Positions 29,785 through 39,384 of a DNA stretch of 64,000 nt are shown piece by piece. A program made the translations under genes and the position numbers. The stretch lies in assembly GCA_040379425.1 (NCBI GenBank), contig JBEILC010000001.1, positions 7,536 to 71,535 of the forward strand, in the 5' to 3' direction. Each line of letters starts with the position of its first letter. Position 1 is the stretch's first letter. The DNA comes from Hyphomicrobiales bacterium. GTDB taxonomy: Bacteria > Pseudomonadota > Alphaproteobacteria > Rhizobiales > Aestuariivirgaceae. The notes under the pieces are model-generated. The model ran no database searches. It was not told the origin of the DNA and saw only the letters and a list, made by a program, of their open reading frames with translations.

Positions 29785-30339
29785 TCACCTGCAGAATTTG
29801 CGTGCCTCGGGAGTCCAGGCGCCGAATCCTGTCGCCACCAGATTTCGGATGACAGCGCAGATGTAACGCTTTTGGGCCGGGTCGTTGTTGGGACCGGCGT
29901 GATAGCGGGCCACGGCCATCGTCCAGTTGCCTTCGCGCGCCCTGAGTTCCTTTAGGAAACGCGCGGCATATCGGACATTTCGTCTTGGCTCCAGCATGGC
30001 TGCGACAGACTCGAATTCTCGTCCGTGATAGTGGTGATTGATCTGCATGCAGCCGAGGTCGATAAGCTTTTGGCCTTTCCGGCGCGCCTTGGCAAAGGCC
30101 TCCAGCGCTTCTGTCTCTGATGCCGCAAACACGGATTTGCCTTCGATGTTCAGCGCAAAGGGGTGGAGAGACCCCTTCCTTCCCGTCTCCGTAAGCCCAA
30201 TGGCATAGAGCACACCGAGCGGAACCTGTTCTGCCGCGGCTGCCGAAAACATCTCACGCTCGCAGATGTTCGGGGGGGCAGCGAAGGAAGTCGCGCCAAT
30301 GCTAGACGATACGATCGCCGCCAGAAGCAGGTGATACAT
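29785..30339 (-). CDS. Flagellar lytic transglycosylase (SLT domain)
   Basis: Signal peptide, AIGLTETG (catalytic Glu), DLGCMQINHHYH, AVARYHAG. Start 30339 inferred. Confidence 0.9.
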   Translation of the reverse strand: MYHLLLAAIVSSSIGATSFAAPPNICEREMFSAAAAEQVPLGVLYAIGLTETGRKGSLHPFALNIEGKSVFAASETEALEAFAKARRKGQKLIDLGCMQINHHYHGREFESVAAMLEPRRNVRYAARFLKELRAREGNWTMAVARYHAGPNNDPAQKRYICAVIRNLVATGFGAWTPEARKFCR

Positions 30340-31447
30340 CCCTGTTCTCACTTTCACGCTCATCTCCTGCTCTCATCAGCGGTTGATGTTGACGATCAGG
30401 CCGGTCTTCCCGGCTGGAGCCGCGGCTGTCCGGCAGCGCAGTTCCCGAGAACCCCTCTCCTCCGCTGGCCATCGGGCTCTGTTCCTGGCCGGCACTGGCA
30501 TCGCGGATTTCCATGTTGAAGGACAGTGCCGCGCCAGTGCCGGGGTTGAAGAGGTTGCTGAGGCGCTCCTCGAGTATGCTCTTGTCCTTGCTGACGGCAT
30601 CTGCGGAGGCTTTTCCTGCAACTGTGATCGTCACCTTGGTTTGAAGCCCTACCCGCCTGATCGTCACTTCAACTTCACCCAGCTCTTCGGGTTGGAGCTT
30701 GAGACGGAGCGCCTTTACATCCGAGGGTGATGGAAGTTCAGGACTGCTGAATTGTGCCGGCTGCGGGGCAGAAGGCATTCCGGATGGGCTTCCGCTGTGT
30801 GGCGCTTCGGCATTGATTGCAGCCATGATCTGAATGGCAGGAGATGGATAAGGGATGACCTCCGCCTCTTGTACTCTTACCAAGGTGAACGCCACTTCCG
30901 TTGCGGCGGAAGACTCTTCTTGATGAGGCAAGGCCGGTGCCGCCGCTTTGCCACTCTGGTTTGCGCCCTCACCTTCTGTGAGTTGAATGAAGACTCGCTC
31001 TGCATCGCGGCTCATCAAAACAGGGGGACTTTCGCCGCCGTCGCTCTTGTGGAATTGACCAACCGGCAGTTCAGCATACGCCTTAGGCTCTGCCTCTTCG
31101 GGCGGCGCAGGGCGCTCTGCTGAATTCATGATCACCCCGGTGAGTGACAGCGGCATGCTGGCGGGCCGCAAAAACCCGCATTGTGCCGTTCCCTCATGCG
31201 GCGGCGAAAGCGGTACGCTTCCGGGGTTCATGGCCTCTGGACGTGCTTCGCTCTCAGTCTTTGGAAGCGGGGCCTTTTCTCTGTCATCCTCACAGCCATC
31301 CTCCTCAACCGGCTGTGCCACTGCAGTCAAGTCCTCAAGCACCAAGGCGAAGCCTTCCACCTCACCTCCAGATGAACGGTGGCCTTGCTGTTGCACCGCC
31401 ATTTCGATGCGGCGCGCAAGTACTGGCAGGAGTTGACTGCCGATCAT
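30302..31447 (-). CDS. fliK: Hook-length control protein (FliK/MotD type)
   Basis: Low-complexity Pro/Ser/Glu N-region plus C-terminal LRLKLQPEELGEVEVTI. ATG 31447 overlaps the motC stop. Confidence 0.85.
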   Translation of the reverse strand: MIGSQLLPVLARRIEMAVQQQGHRSSGGEVEGFALVLEDLTAVAQPVEEDGCEDDREKAPLPKTESEARPEAMNPGSVPLSPPHEGTAQCGFLRPASMPLSLTGVIMNSAERPAPPEEAEPKAYAELPVGQFHKSDGGESPPVLMSRDAERVFIQLTEGEGANQSGKAAAPALPHQEESSAATEVAFTLVRVQEAEVIPYPSPAIQIMAAINAEAPHSGSPSGMPSAPQPAQFSSPELPSPSDVKALRLKLQPEELGEVEVTIRRVGLQTKVTITVAGKASADAVSKDKSILEERLSNLFNPGTGAALSFNMEIRDASAGQEQSPMASGGEGFSGTALPDSRGSSREDRPDRQHQPLMRAGDERESENRDVSPASGGDRIV

Positions 31448-32607
31448 GACTGAATCTCCGAAAGGACTTTGTCTGCTGCGGAAAGAAGACTCTCGGCCCG
31501 CTCCTGCAGCGGGCTTCTTTCTACTGAACCGGACGGTATCCCGCTGGAGCCTGCAGCAGCAGGCCGATTGACTTCCTGTGCAATCCACAGCGCTGCCTCA
31601 AGAAGTGCCTGTTCATGTGGCAGCAGCATGTTGCGATCGATCTTCTCAAGTTCTGCACGTGCCGAGTCAGCCTTCTCCGATACCACATCGTAGAGTGACA
31701 TGTAGAAGCGCGCTGTCTGATCTTCCTGGCTGCCCGGAACCGCAAGCCGGTGCACCCGCCGCGACGCAAAACCGACGAGCTTCTGTTCATTCAACTTAGC
31801 TGCCTGACGGGCCAGATGGAGGTAGATTTCGCGCCGGCGCGAAAGCGCCATGTCCTGCAGGATCAGGTCAAGCCTTGCGGCATCAGGTGGCTTGCCGGTC
31901 GTACTCCACTTCACCAGATTGAACATCACGTCCTGCCAGAAGGTCTTGGCATAGAGGGAGTCGGGGAAACGCCGTTGATAGCGCTTAAGGCGCCGCCAGA
32001 AACGGTTCTCATCCCCTGCCTCGGCGAAAGCGAGGGCCGAACGGCGCAGCGCGGATTCTTCAACCAATGTTCCTGGCATCGCCGCAATGGCAGTCGATAG
32101 CCGCTCCTGGCGGGCGCCGAACTCCTGCTCCAGAAGCGATTGGGCCAATGCAACCCGCCCCGCTATTCTTGCCGGCAGGCCCGCAGTGTCCATGTCTCGC
32201 AGCAGTTTTGCGGCTTCGTCCCGCTCGCCGCGCATGAAGAGTGAGACCCCCTCGAGCAAGTGGCGATGAGAAGGTGTGAGAGCAGCCGATTTCGTCAGCT
32301 CGGCCACGGCATCGGGGTTGCCGCCGCTCAGGACATATCCCGCCGCCAATGGGGCGAGCATGTTTGGATCGGCGCGCCCGATCTTTGTGAATCTCCCGCC
32401 GATGCTCACCAGCAGCTGCTTCTGTAATGCCGCTGCGTCATTTCGGCCCCTGGCCGTGGCATCCTGAAGAAGGAACAGTGCATCGAGATCATTCGCAAGA
32501 ACATCCCGTATTTCATCGGCACCTTTGGCTTCAACCCGATGGTCGCCGGCGGCAACTGTTGTGGTCAGTGCGGCCCAGACCCCCAGAGTGGCAATAAGCC
32601 GCCTCAT
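31444..32607 (-). CDS. motC: Periplasmic motility protein MotC
   Basis: Signal peptide; YVLSGGNP, AMPGTLVEESALRR, RRFPDSLYA; follows motB. Confidence 0.88.
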   Translation of the reverse strand: MRRLIATLGVWAALTTTVAAGDHRVEAKGADEIRDVLANDLDALFLLQDATARGRNDAAALQKQLLVSIGGRFTKIGRADPNMLAPLAAGYVLSGGNPDAVAELTKSAALTPSHRHLLEGVSLFMRGERDEAAKLLRDMDTAGLPARIAGRVALAQSLLEQEFGARQERLSTAIAAMPGTLVEESALRRSALAFAEAGDENRFWRRLKRYQRRFPDSLYAKTFWQDVMFNLVKWSTTGKPPDAARLDLILQDMALSRRREIYLHLARQAAKLNEQKLVGFASRRVHRLAVPGSQEDQTARFYMSLYDVVSEKADSARAELEKIDRNMLLPHEQALLEAALWIAQEVNRPAAAGSSGIPSGSVERSPLQERAESLLSAADKVLSEIQS

Positions 32608-33803
32608 GGCTGACCGTCTCCGATCAGGATCTCGATGCGCCGGTTCTCCGGTGCCTGCGGATCTGATGCGTTGCGCGGCTCCCGGTCCGCTACGCCCTCG
32701 ATTCTGCGGATGCGCGCCTCGTCCAGCCCGGCTTGCAGCAGCATGTAGCGGGCAAAATGCGCCCGCGCGGTGGAGAGCTGCCAATTGTCATAGTATTTAT
32801 TCCGATAAGGCCGGGAGTCCGTATGTCCGCGAATGACAAGGTAGCCATTGCGTGACTTCACGACATCGGCGATGGCCCGAACCAGTTTCATGGCCTCAGG
32901 CCGTGGTTTCGCCGAACCCGTCTCGAACATCTCGAAGTTCTTTTGTTCCGTCAGGCTGATGAGAATGCCCTCGGGAACCGGTTCAACGGAAAGAACCTGC
33001 TCCGGAGTCTTGTCGGCAGGACCGAGCTTCTCCGCGATCTCCTTCGCAATCGTCTGAGCCTGGACCTCTATGTCCTCAGGCGCGGGTTGCTTTTTGCCGC
33101 TCTTCACTTCATCCGCGTTGGCTTCGCTGTCCTCGCCTTTCTCTGTCTGCTGCTCAACCTTGCTTTCTGCTGTTCCTGGAGGTTGCTCAGCTGTGGCTTC
33201 GGAGGAGATGCTCTCCTCGCCAGCTTTGGAGGGTTCGGGGGCAGCGGACTGAGGCGCTTCCTCTTCCTCCACCTGCGTTTTCTCCTTCACCTTTTCCCAG
33301 GCTTGCGGATCGAAGGGATCTCCAACGCCCGGATTGGAGGTGTCGGGTTTCACGGCGGGCGCGATTTCCACCTTGCTGTCTAGTCCGGCGTTCCGGAAGT
33401 CCGACTCGGAGATCGTCTTTGCCATCCGGTCGAGGGATGCCGGAGGATTTGCCAGAAGTTTCGCTTCGCTTTTGATATCGGTCTCGGAAGGTGGACTGCC
33501 CTCTCCCGCGTCACCCTCCTCGCTTTCCTCGGCGCTGCGCGTGTCTCTCTTGTCCTTCAGGCTGCGCACTCCGGTCGATGTGTCGGTCAGCTTCACGGGG
33601 TTGAAATAGCTTGCGACCTGCGCCCGCGTTTCCTCATTCGACGCATTGATGAGCCACATCACCAGGAAGAAGGCCATCATGGCCGTCACGAAATCGGCAT
33701 AGGCAATCTTCCATGCGCCAGCCTTGCCCGCAGCCCCGTCGTCGCCTCCCCGCCGCCTGACGATGACGATTTCTGTCTTTCCCGCTCTGGCATCGTCACT
33801 CAT
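32604..33803 (-). CDS. motB: Flagellar stator protein MotB
   Basis: GAWKIAYADFVTAMMAFFLVMW, long acidic linker, OmpA-like GHTDSRP...NWQLSTARA...NRRIEI. Confidence 0.95.
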   Translation of the reverse strand: MSDDARAGKTEIVIVRRRGGDDGAAGKAGAWKIAYADFVTAMMAFFLVMWLINASNEETRAQVASYFNPVKLTDTSTGVRSLKDKRDTRSAEESEEGDAGEGSPPSETDIKSEAKLLANPPASLDRMAKTISESDFRNAGLDSKVEIAPAVKPDTSNPGVGDPFDPQAWEKVKEKTQVEEEEAPQSAAPEPSKAGEESISSEATAEQPPGTAESKVEQQTEKGEDSEANADEVKSGKKQPAPEDIEVQAQTIAKEIAEKLGPADKTPEQVLSVEPVPEGILISLTEQKNFEMFETGSAKPRPEAMKLVRAIADVVKSRNGYLVIRGHTDSRPYRNKYYDNWQLSTARAHFARYMLLQAGLDEARIRRIEGVADREPRNASDPQAPENRRIEILIGDGQP

Positions 33804-34408
33804 CAGGTCATTCCCTCAATGGCGTCAACCCAGCGGGCTGACAGCTCCTCGAACCGCCTGCGTTCCGCCGTGAGAATGACCTCGACGATCTCCGATGGCG
33901 CTAGGGTCATGGACGTGTTTGCCCCGTCCGCCGCGCTGCGCAGGGCTTCGTGAAACCGGGCAGGTGCCCTTATCTCAAGAACTGGCAGATCGGATCGCTG
34001 CAGTTCGTGGCGGACCATTTCCGTCAGCTCGGTGATCGCTTTCAACCTCGTTTGCTCATTCAGAAAGGGCGTCAGCGCCTGAACCAGAGACTCCTCAATT
34101 GCTTCGAGTAGTGCTCCGACTGACTTGGAGATTTCGCTTTCGAGGCGCCTGCCAAGATCCTCGCCCAGGCAGCGTTCGAGTTCGCGCTCCCTCTCCATTT
34201 GCAAAAGCAATTGCTGCTGCAGTTTCGCCTCGGCTTCGCTCACCGCCAGAAGGAGAGCCTCTTCCCGCTGTGCAAAATCAACATCACCTTGGGCCGCTGC
34301 CTCTTCGGGGCTGATCAGTGGGCTGGCGTGCTCTTCATTTGCGATGTCCATCAATGGGACATCCGGCGGTGGATGACGCTCAGCCAGCCAGAGCGAGAGT
34401 GGAATCAT
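33803..34408 (-). CDS. Conserved flagellar-cluster protein (FliH-like position and character)
   Basis: Glu-rich helical protein between fliF and motB, coupled on both sides. Confidence 0.6.
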   Translation of the reverse strand: MIPLSLWLAERHPPPDVPLMDIANEEHASPLISPEEAAAQGDVDFAQREEALLLAVSEAEAKLQQQLLLQMERERELERCLGEDLGRRLESEISKSVGALLEAIEESLVQALTPFLNEQTRLKAITELTEMVRHELQRSDLPVLEIRAPARFHEALRSAADGANTSMTLAPSEIVEVILTAERRRFEELSARWVDAIEGMT

Positions 34409-36093
34409 GTCGTACGGCCCGCAGGCTCACCCAGCCACTGCTTCAGAACCTCGACGGCTCGTTCCGGATCAAGCTCGACGATCTTTGCCAGGCGGTCCTT
34501 GGGCCCGCTCGTGACCTCTCGGGCCAGTGCGTCGAGAAGCGGATCAGATGCCTCTGCACCCAGTTGTGGCAGTGCAAAGCTGTCCAGTGCCGCACTCGAC
34601 ATGGACATGTCTCCAATGGCAATACCCCCGGGACCTTCCATCGCACCCGGAAGGGCCGCTGTCCCGCTGGCCGGCGCATTCGTACGGTCATTCAGGATGG
34701 CGCGGAGCGCCGGGCGAAGACCCAGCAGGATCACCAGCAGGACCACGAGGATCAGCGCGCCCGCATTGATCAGGCTTCCGAGATACTGAGCGGCGAGCGC
34801 TCCAAAGCCAGCTTCTTCACCTGTGCTGCCGGCGAATTCTTCCGCCTTGAAATCAACTGCAGAGACAGTCACCGTGTCGCCGCGCTCCTCGACAGTTCCT
34901 GCCGCCGACCGGATGATGCGCTCAAGCTCCGCTATCTTTGCGTTGACCGCTTCCTCGGATGGGTTTTCACCAAGGCTCTTGGCAAGCGCCAGACGGTTCA
35001 GCACGACAGCAACAGAAAGGCGATCGACGCCATAGCCATCCGACGTCGTGGAGATTGAACGCGAGTTGATCTCGTAATTCGTCAGCTCCTCCCGGCGGTC
35101 CTTCTTCTCGCTGGAATTGTCGCCGCCCGCACCTTGCGCCTCCTCGACGGGAATGTTCTGCTCAACCGTAATACCCGCCGCGGAGGTGGCATTCTGTGCC
35201 TCTCCGCTTTCCTTGATGGTTCTGACCGATCTCTCGACGCGCGAGGCTGGATCGAAGATCGTCTCGTTGATCTGCCGGCGGTCGGCGTTCAGCTTTGAAG
35301 TGACGCTGACCCGGAAATTGTCCGCGCCGACATAGGGTAGAATGGTCCGCGCGATCTTCTGTTCGATGTCAACAGCAACGGTGCGCTCGAGGCCGATAAG
35401 CTTCTCGGGCGCAGCGGAGATGGGGTCGCCAGTCGAGGTCAGGAGCCTGCCGTCGGCGCTCATGACCGTCACCTGCGAGGCCGAAAGGCTTGGGATAGCC
35501 GCTGCCACGAGGTGGCGGATCGAGGTTGCAGCACCTGCGCCGATGGACTCATCAGCCCTGATGATGACGGAAGCCGTTGCCTGGTCGCTCCCGGCCCGGA
35601 AGCTGCCCTCATTGCGCAGGGCAAGATGAACGCGTGCTGCCTTGATGCCATCAATGAGCAGAATGGTCCGCGCAAGCTCACCTTCGAGCGCGCGGACTTT
35701 TGTCACCTGTTGCATGAATGTGGTGAGTCCGAGCGAACCTAGCTTGTCGAACAATTCGTAGCCTGCATTGTCGCTGCCGGGCAGGCCCTTCTGCGCGAGA
35801 AGCATGCGCGCTTTCCCCGCCTCGCCGGCGTTCACCATCACTGCATCGCCCGCCACGCTGATGTCGAAGCGGATGCCCGCGTCCTGCAAGGCCGCACCCA
35901 TGCGTGTGACGTCCTGCGGCTCGAGCCCCGAATAAAGAACTTCCTGCTGTGGCCGGCTCAGCAGATAGCCGCTGACCCCAACCAATATGAAGATCGTGAT
36001 GCCTGTGAGTCCAAGTGCGATCAGACGCTTTGTGCCCAGTGCAAGAAGATTGTCGCGCAACCGTGTCAGAATATCCACTACGCCTGCCACCAT
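34405..36093 (-). CDS. fliF: MS-ring protein FliF
   Basis: LAQKGLP, GYELFDKLGSLGLTTF, RALEGELARTI, ARVHLAL; second TM segment and C-terminal cytoplasmic tail. Confidence 0.96.
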   Translation of the reverse strand: MVAGVVDILTRLRDNLLALGTKRLIALGLTGITIFILVGVSGYLLSRPQQEVLYSGLEPQDVTRMGAALQDAGIRFDISVAGDAVMVNAGEAGKARMLLAQKGLPGSDNAGYELFDKLGSLGLTTFMQQVTKVRALEGELARTILLIDGIKAARVHLALRNEGSFRAGSDQATASVIIRADESIGAGAATSIRHLVAAAIPSLSASQVTVMSADGRLLTSTGDPISAAPEKLIGLERTVAVDIEQKIARTILPYVGADNFRVSVTSKLNADRRQINETIFDPASRVERSVRTIKESGEAQNATSAAGITVEQNIPVEEAQGAGGDNSSEKKDRREELTNYEINSRSISTTSDGYGVDRLSVAVVLNRLALAKSLGENPSEEAVNAKIAELERIIRSAAGTVEERGDTVTVSAVDFKAEEFAGSTGEEAGFGALAAQYLGSLINAGALILVVLLVILLGLRPALRAILNDRTNAPASGTAALPGAMEGPGGIAIGDMSMSSAALDSFALPQLGAEASDPLLDALAREVTSGPKDRLAKIVELDPERAVEVLKQWLGEPAGRTT

Positions 36094-36136
36094 GAATTCC
36101 CGTCAGTGAAGCTGGCGGGCAACTTCGGCCCTTAAT

Positions 36137-36151
36137 CTTGTGCGGGCTTTG
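36137..36151 (-). promoter_or_regulatory. Candidate Rem-type class II motif upstream of fliF
   Basis: - strand CAAA-GCCCGCA-CAAG. Confidence 0.5.
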
Positions 36152-36160
36152 TATGATGCG

Positions 36161-37090
36161 TTACTGCCCCCTAAAGAGGGATAGAATATTCTGGCTGTTC
36201 TGATTGGCGATGCTGAGAGACTGAACGCCAAGCTGCTGCTGCACCTGCAGTGCCTGAAGCTTGGTGGATTCCTCGTTCATGTCAGCGTCGACAAGTGCGC
36301 CGACGCCACGGGTGATTGCATCCATCAGCGTCACCACGAAGTCCCGTTGCAAAGTGACCCGCTGCTTCACGGCGCCCAGGTTCGCCGCCGAGAGTGTCAT
36401 CTGCGTCATCGCCGAATCGACCCATGCGATCATCTGTTCCAGATCAGCGGTATCGTCGTCGGAGTTGGTAAGGTCCGAGATGTCGAGCGTTGCAACGGAG
36501 TAGGTGACGCCGCCGTTCTCGGTCGTGTCTTCCGTGTCCAGAATGCCGGATTGATCAGCTGCATCGAAGAGCTTGATGTCCTCGACACTGACCGAAATTG
36601 TTCCGATCGAGATCTCACCATTGGTCCGGGAGAAGGATGCGACGATTGTCTTCGTCTGATTGTACCCAGGTGAAGACGAGTCGACGGAAATCCAGTTTTC
36701 GCCGCTGAACACCGATGTAGCGCCGACGTTCACCAACTGGCGCTGCAATTCGGTGATCTCGGACTGGATCTTTCCGCGGTCGACGCCCGGCTGCCGGGCG
36801 GCCACCAGCTTGAGCTTGATCTGCTTGACCGACTCGATCGCGCTGTTCATGCCGGTATAGGCAACATCAATGGTCGCCGAGCCCAGGCCCAGCGCGTCCT
36901 TGACCGTCGAGAGCGCACCATTGTCGGAGCGCATGGTGGTGGCGATTGACCAATAGGCCGCATTGTCTTCTGCCTTTCCCACGCGTAGCCCGGTGGAAAT
37001 GCGGGTTTGAACCTCATCGAGTTTGCGGATTGTTGCCGTCAAAGTCTGCAATGCGGTCATTGCTGACCCATTGGTCAGGATGCTGGCCAT
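36161..37090 (-). CDS. fliC: Flagellin (paralog 3, appears the most divergent)
   Basis: ILTNGSAMTALQTL, RISTG.RV..AEDNAAYWSIATTMRSD, ADMNEESTKLQALQVQQQLG. Confidence 0.96.
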   Translation of the reverse strand: MASILTNGSAMTALQTLTATIRKLDEVQTRISTGLRVGKAEDNAAYWSIATTMRSDNGALSTVKDALGLGSATIDVAYTGMNSAIESVKQIKLKLVAARQPGVDRGKIQSEITELQRQLVNVGATSVFSGENWISVDSSSPGYNQTKTIVASFSRTNGEISIGTISVSVEDIKLFDAADQSGILDTEDTTENGGVTYSVATLDISDLTNSDDDTADLEQMIAWVDSAMTQMTLSAANLGAVKQRVTLQRDFVVTLMDAITRGVGALVDADMNEESTKLQALQVQQQLGVQSLSIANQNSQNILSLFRGQ

Positions 37091-37125
37091 GTCGGAATGC
37101 CCCTAAGCGATATGAGCGAGGAGAC

Positions 37126-37190
37126 GACATTCCGGATCGGCGCCGGGAGCGGAACGGCATCATGCCAGCAAGCCATCCGGCCTGCCCCGC
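37126..37190 (-). ncRNA. Conserved structured flagellin leader (flg-Rhizobiales-like motif), copy 3
   Basis: Sense strand: hairpin GCAGGCC-GGAU-GGCUUGC, then GGCAUGAUGCC ... CCGG ... CCGGAAUGUC. Confidence 0.65.
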
Positions 37191-37214
37191 ACCCGATCAA
37201 TACTCCGAATATGG

Positions 37215-37230
37215 TTAGCGAGTGGTTAAC
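37215..37230 (-). promoter_or_regulatory. CtrA-like box upstream of flagellin 36161-37090
   Basis: Sense strand GTTAA-CCACTCG-CTAA(C), one mismatch to TTAA-N7-TTAAC. Confidence 0.55.
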
Positions 37231-37248
37231 GCCCAGGTTACAGGGGGC

Positions 37249-37266
37249 CCATTCCGGAAGGAATGG
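37249..37266 (-). terminator. Possible hairpin terminator after flagellin 37287-38210
   Basis: CCATTCC-GGAA-GGAATGG 7-bp stem; no clear U-tract. Confidence 0.3.
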
Positions 37267-37286
37267 ACTTCCCCCGCTCCGGCGCT

Positions 37287-38210
37287 CTAGCGGAACAGCG
37301 ACATGATCTGCTGGCTGTTCTGGTTGGCGATGCTCAGCGACTGGATGCCGAGCTGCTGCTGCACCTGCAAGGCCTGCAGGCGCGTCGACTCCTCGTTCAT
37401 GTCAGCATCGACCAGCGTACCGACACCGCGTAAAATCGCATCCATGAGAGAGCTGATGAACTCCTTCTGCATGCTTGTGCGCTGCTTCACCGCACCAAGG
37501 TTGCTGGCAGCGGTCGTCATGGAGCTGATTCCGTCATCTACCCACCCGATCATCTGCTCCAGATCCTCGAGGTCGTCATCGGTGTCGCTGATGACCGAGA
37601 TGTCCAGGGTGAGGATCGAGTAAGTGGCGCCACTATTCGCGGTCGTATCCTCCTCATCAAGGATGCCGCTCTGGTCGTTTGAGTCGATCAGTTCGGTCTC
37701 CGTCAGATTGACGGCGATCGTGCCGATCGAGACACCACCAGCCGTCCGGGAGAAGGAGGCCACGATCGTCTTCGTTGCATTGTATCCTGCATCGCTTGAA
37801 TCGACCGAGAGCCAGTTCTCGCCAGAGAACACCGAAGACTCCGCCACGCTCCGCAGCTGATTCTGCAGTTCCGCAATCTCGGACTGGATCTTTTCGCGAT
37901 CGATACCAGGCTGACGGGCAGCGACGAGCTTGTTCTTGATCTCCTTCGCCACTTCGATCGCCTGGTTCATGCCAGTGTAGGCAACGTCGAGCGTCGCGGC
38001 GCCGAGTCCAAGAGCGTCCTTCACGGTGGAAAGCGCGCCGTTGTCGGACCGCATTGTGGTCGCGATCGACCAATAGGCCGCATTGTCTTCGGCACTTGAT
38101 ACCCGGAAGCCAGTGGAGATGCGCGACTGCGTCGTCGACAGCTGCTTATTCGTGGCGTTGAGGCTCTGCAATGCCGTCATTGCAGAAACGTTCGTCATGA
38201 TACTTGACAT
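37287..38210 (-). CDS. fliC: Flagellin (paralog 2)
   Basis: MSSIMTNVSAMTALQSL, DNAAYWSIATTMRSD, DADMNEESTRLQALQVQQQLG. Confidence 0.96.
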   Translation of the reverse strand: MSSIMTNVSAMTALQSLNATNKQLSTTQSRISTGFRVSSAEDNAAYWSIATTMRSDNGALSTVKDALGLGAATLDVAYTGMNQAIEVAKEIKNKLVAARQPGIDREKIQSEIAELQNQLRSVAESSVFSGENWLSVDSSDAGYNATKTIVASFSRTAGGVSIGTIAVNLTETELIDSNDQSGILDEEDTTANSGATYSILTLDISVISDTDDDLEDLEQMIGWVDDGISSMTTAASNLGAVKQRTSMQKEFISSLMDAILRGVGTLVDADMNEESTRLQALQVQQQLGIQSLSIANQNSQQIMSLFR

Positions 38211-38244
38211 AGAGCCTTTGTCCCTTGGAACACGTTACAGACTG

Positions 38245-38305
38245 GGACATCCGGATCATTCTCCGGGCAGACGGCGCCGGCATCATGCCTAAGGGGCCTT
38301 TGGCC
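38245..38305 (-). ncRNA. Conserved structured flagellin leader (flg-Rhizobiales-like motif), copy 2
   Basis: Sense strand: hairpin GGGCC-AAA-GGCCC, then GGCAUGAUGCC ... CCGG ... CCGGAUGUCC. Confidence 0.65.
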
Positions 38306-38343
38306 CGCTCCCGTCGCATGGCGGCAAGATTCTCATGACAGGG

Positions 38344-38358
38344 TTGAAAAAGGATTAA
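38344..38358 (-). promoter_or_regulatory. CtrA-like box upstream of flagellin 37287-38210
   Basis: Sense strand TTAA-TCCTTTT-TCAA(C), one mismatch. Confidence 0.5.
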
Positions 38359-38370
38359 ATCGAATTGTCG

Positions 38371-38404
38371 AAAACGGGGCCGACTTCTCCAGCGGCCCCG
38401 TTTT
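38371..38404. terminator. Rho-independent terminator (bidirectional form) after flagellin 38423-39346
   Basis: AAAACGGGGCCG-N10-CGGCCCCGTTTT perfect inverted repeat with A/T tails. Confidence 0.85.
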
Positions 38405-38422
38405 CCATGCTTGGGCCAAAGC

Positions 38423-39346
38423 CTAGCGGAACAGCGAAAGCACGGACTGGCTGTTCTGGTTGGCGATGCTGAGCGCCTGGATGCCAAGCTGCTGCTGGAC
38501 CTGCAGCGCCTGAAGGCGGGTCGATTCCTCGTTCATGTCGGCATCGACCAGGGCGCCGACGCCGCGGTCAATCGCCGACATCAGGGTCGATACGAACTCG
38601 GACTGCAACTTGGTGCGCTGCTTGATGGCGCCAAGATTGCTCGCGGCCGTGGTCATTCCGCCAATCGCCTCGTCCACGAAGCCGATCATCTGCTCGAGAT
38701 CCTCCAGATCGTCGTCGCTGTCTGAAATGGCGGAAATGTCGAGGGTCGACACGGAGAAGTCCGTACCACCATTTTCTGTGGTATCCTCATTGTCCAGAAT
38801 GCCGGACTGATCATTCGCGTCGAACAGCTTGCTGCCGTCCACATTCACGGAGATGGTGCCGATCGAGACATCTCCGCCGCTGCGCGAAAACGAAGCAATC
38901 ATCGTCTTCGACGCATTATAGCCAGCATCACTCGAGTCAACCGCAAGCCAGTTCTCGCCCGAGAAGACGGAGGACTCGGCAACGCTCCTCAGCTGGTCCT
39001 GAAGCTCCGCGACTTCGGACTGGATCTTATCGCGGTCGATACCAGGTTGACGGGCTGCGACCAGCTTGCTCTTGATCTCCTTGGTGACATCAATCGCGTT
39101 CTTCATGCCATTGTATGCAACGTCGAGCGTTGCCGCTCCGAGTCCCAGCGCATCCTTGACGGTCGATAGCGCATCGCGGTCCGAGCGCATGGTGGTGGCG
39201 ATCGACCAATAGGCGGCATTGTCCTCGGCGCCGCTCACACGGTAGCCAGTCGAAATCCGGTTCTGCGTCTGGCTCAGGCTCTTGTTGGTAGTCGTCAAAC
39301 TCTGCAATGCCGTCATCGCAGACTGGTTTGTCATGATGCTGGTCAT
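38423..39346 (-). CDS. fliC: Flagellin (paralog 1)
   Basis: MTSIMTNQSAMTALQSL, DNAAYWSIATTMRSD, DADMNEESTRLQALQVQQQLG. Confidence 0.96.
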   Translation of the reverse strand: MTSIMTNQSAMTALQSLTTTNKSLSQTQNRISTGYRVSGAEDNAAYWSIATTMRSDRDALSTVKDALGLGAATLDVAYNGMKNAIDVTKEIKSKLVAARQPGIDRDKIQSEVAELQDQLRSVAESSVFSGENWLAVDSSDAGYNASKTMIASFSRSGGDVSIGTISVNVDGSKLFDANDQSGILDNEDTTENGGTDFSVSTLDISAISDSDDDLEDLEQMIGFVDEAIGGMTTAASNLGAIKQRTKLQSEFVSTLMSAIDRGVGALVDADMNEESTRLQALQVQQQLGIQALSIANQNSQSVLSLFR

Positions 39347-39384
39347 AGGTGAAATGTCCCCTTACCCATACTCAACTTACTGGA

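Noticed and set aside
36161-39346. Kilobase-scale repeats as a duplication artefact or repeat array
   Set aside because: They are three diverged flagellin paralogs with distinct central regions and leaders; not CRISPR-like and not identical copies.
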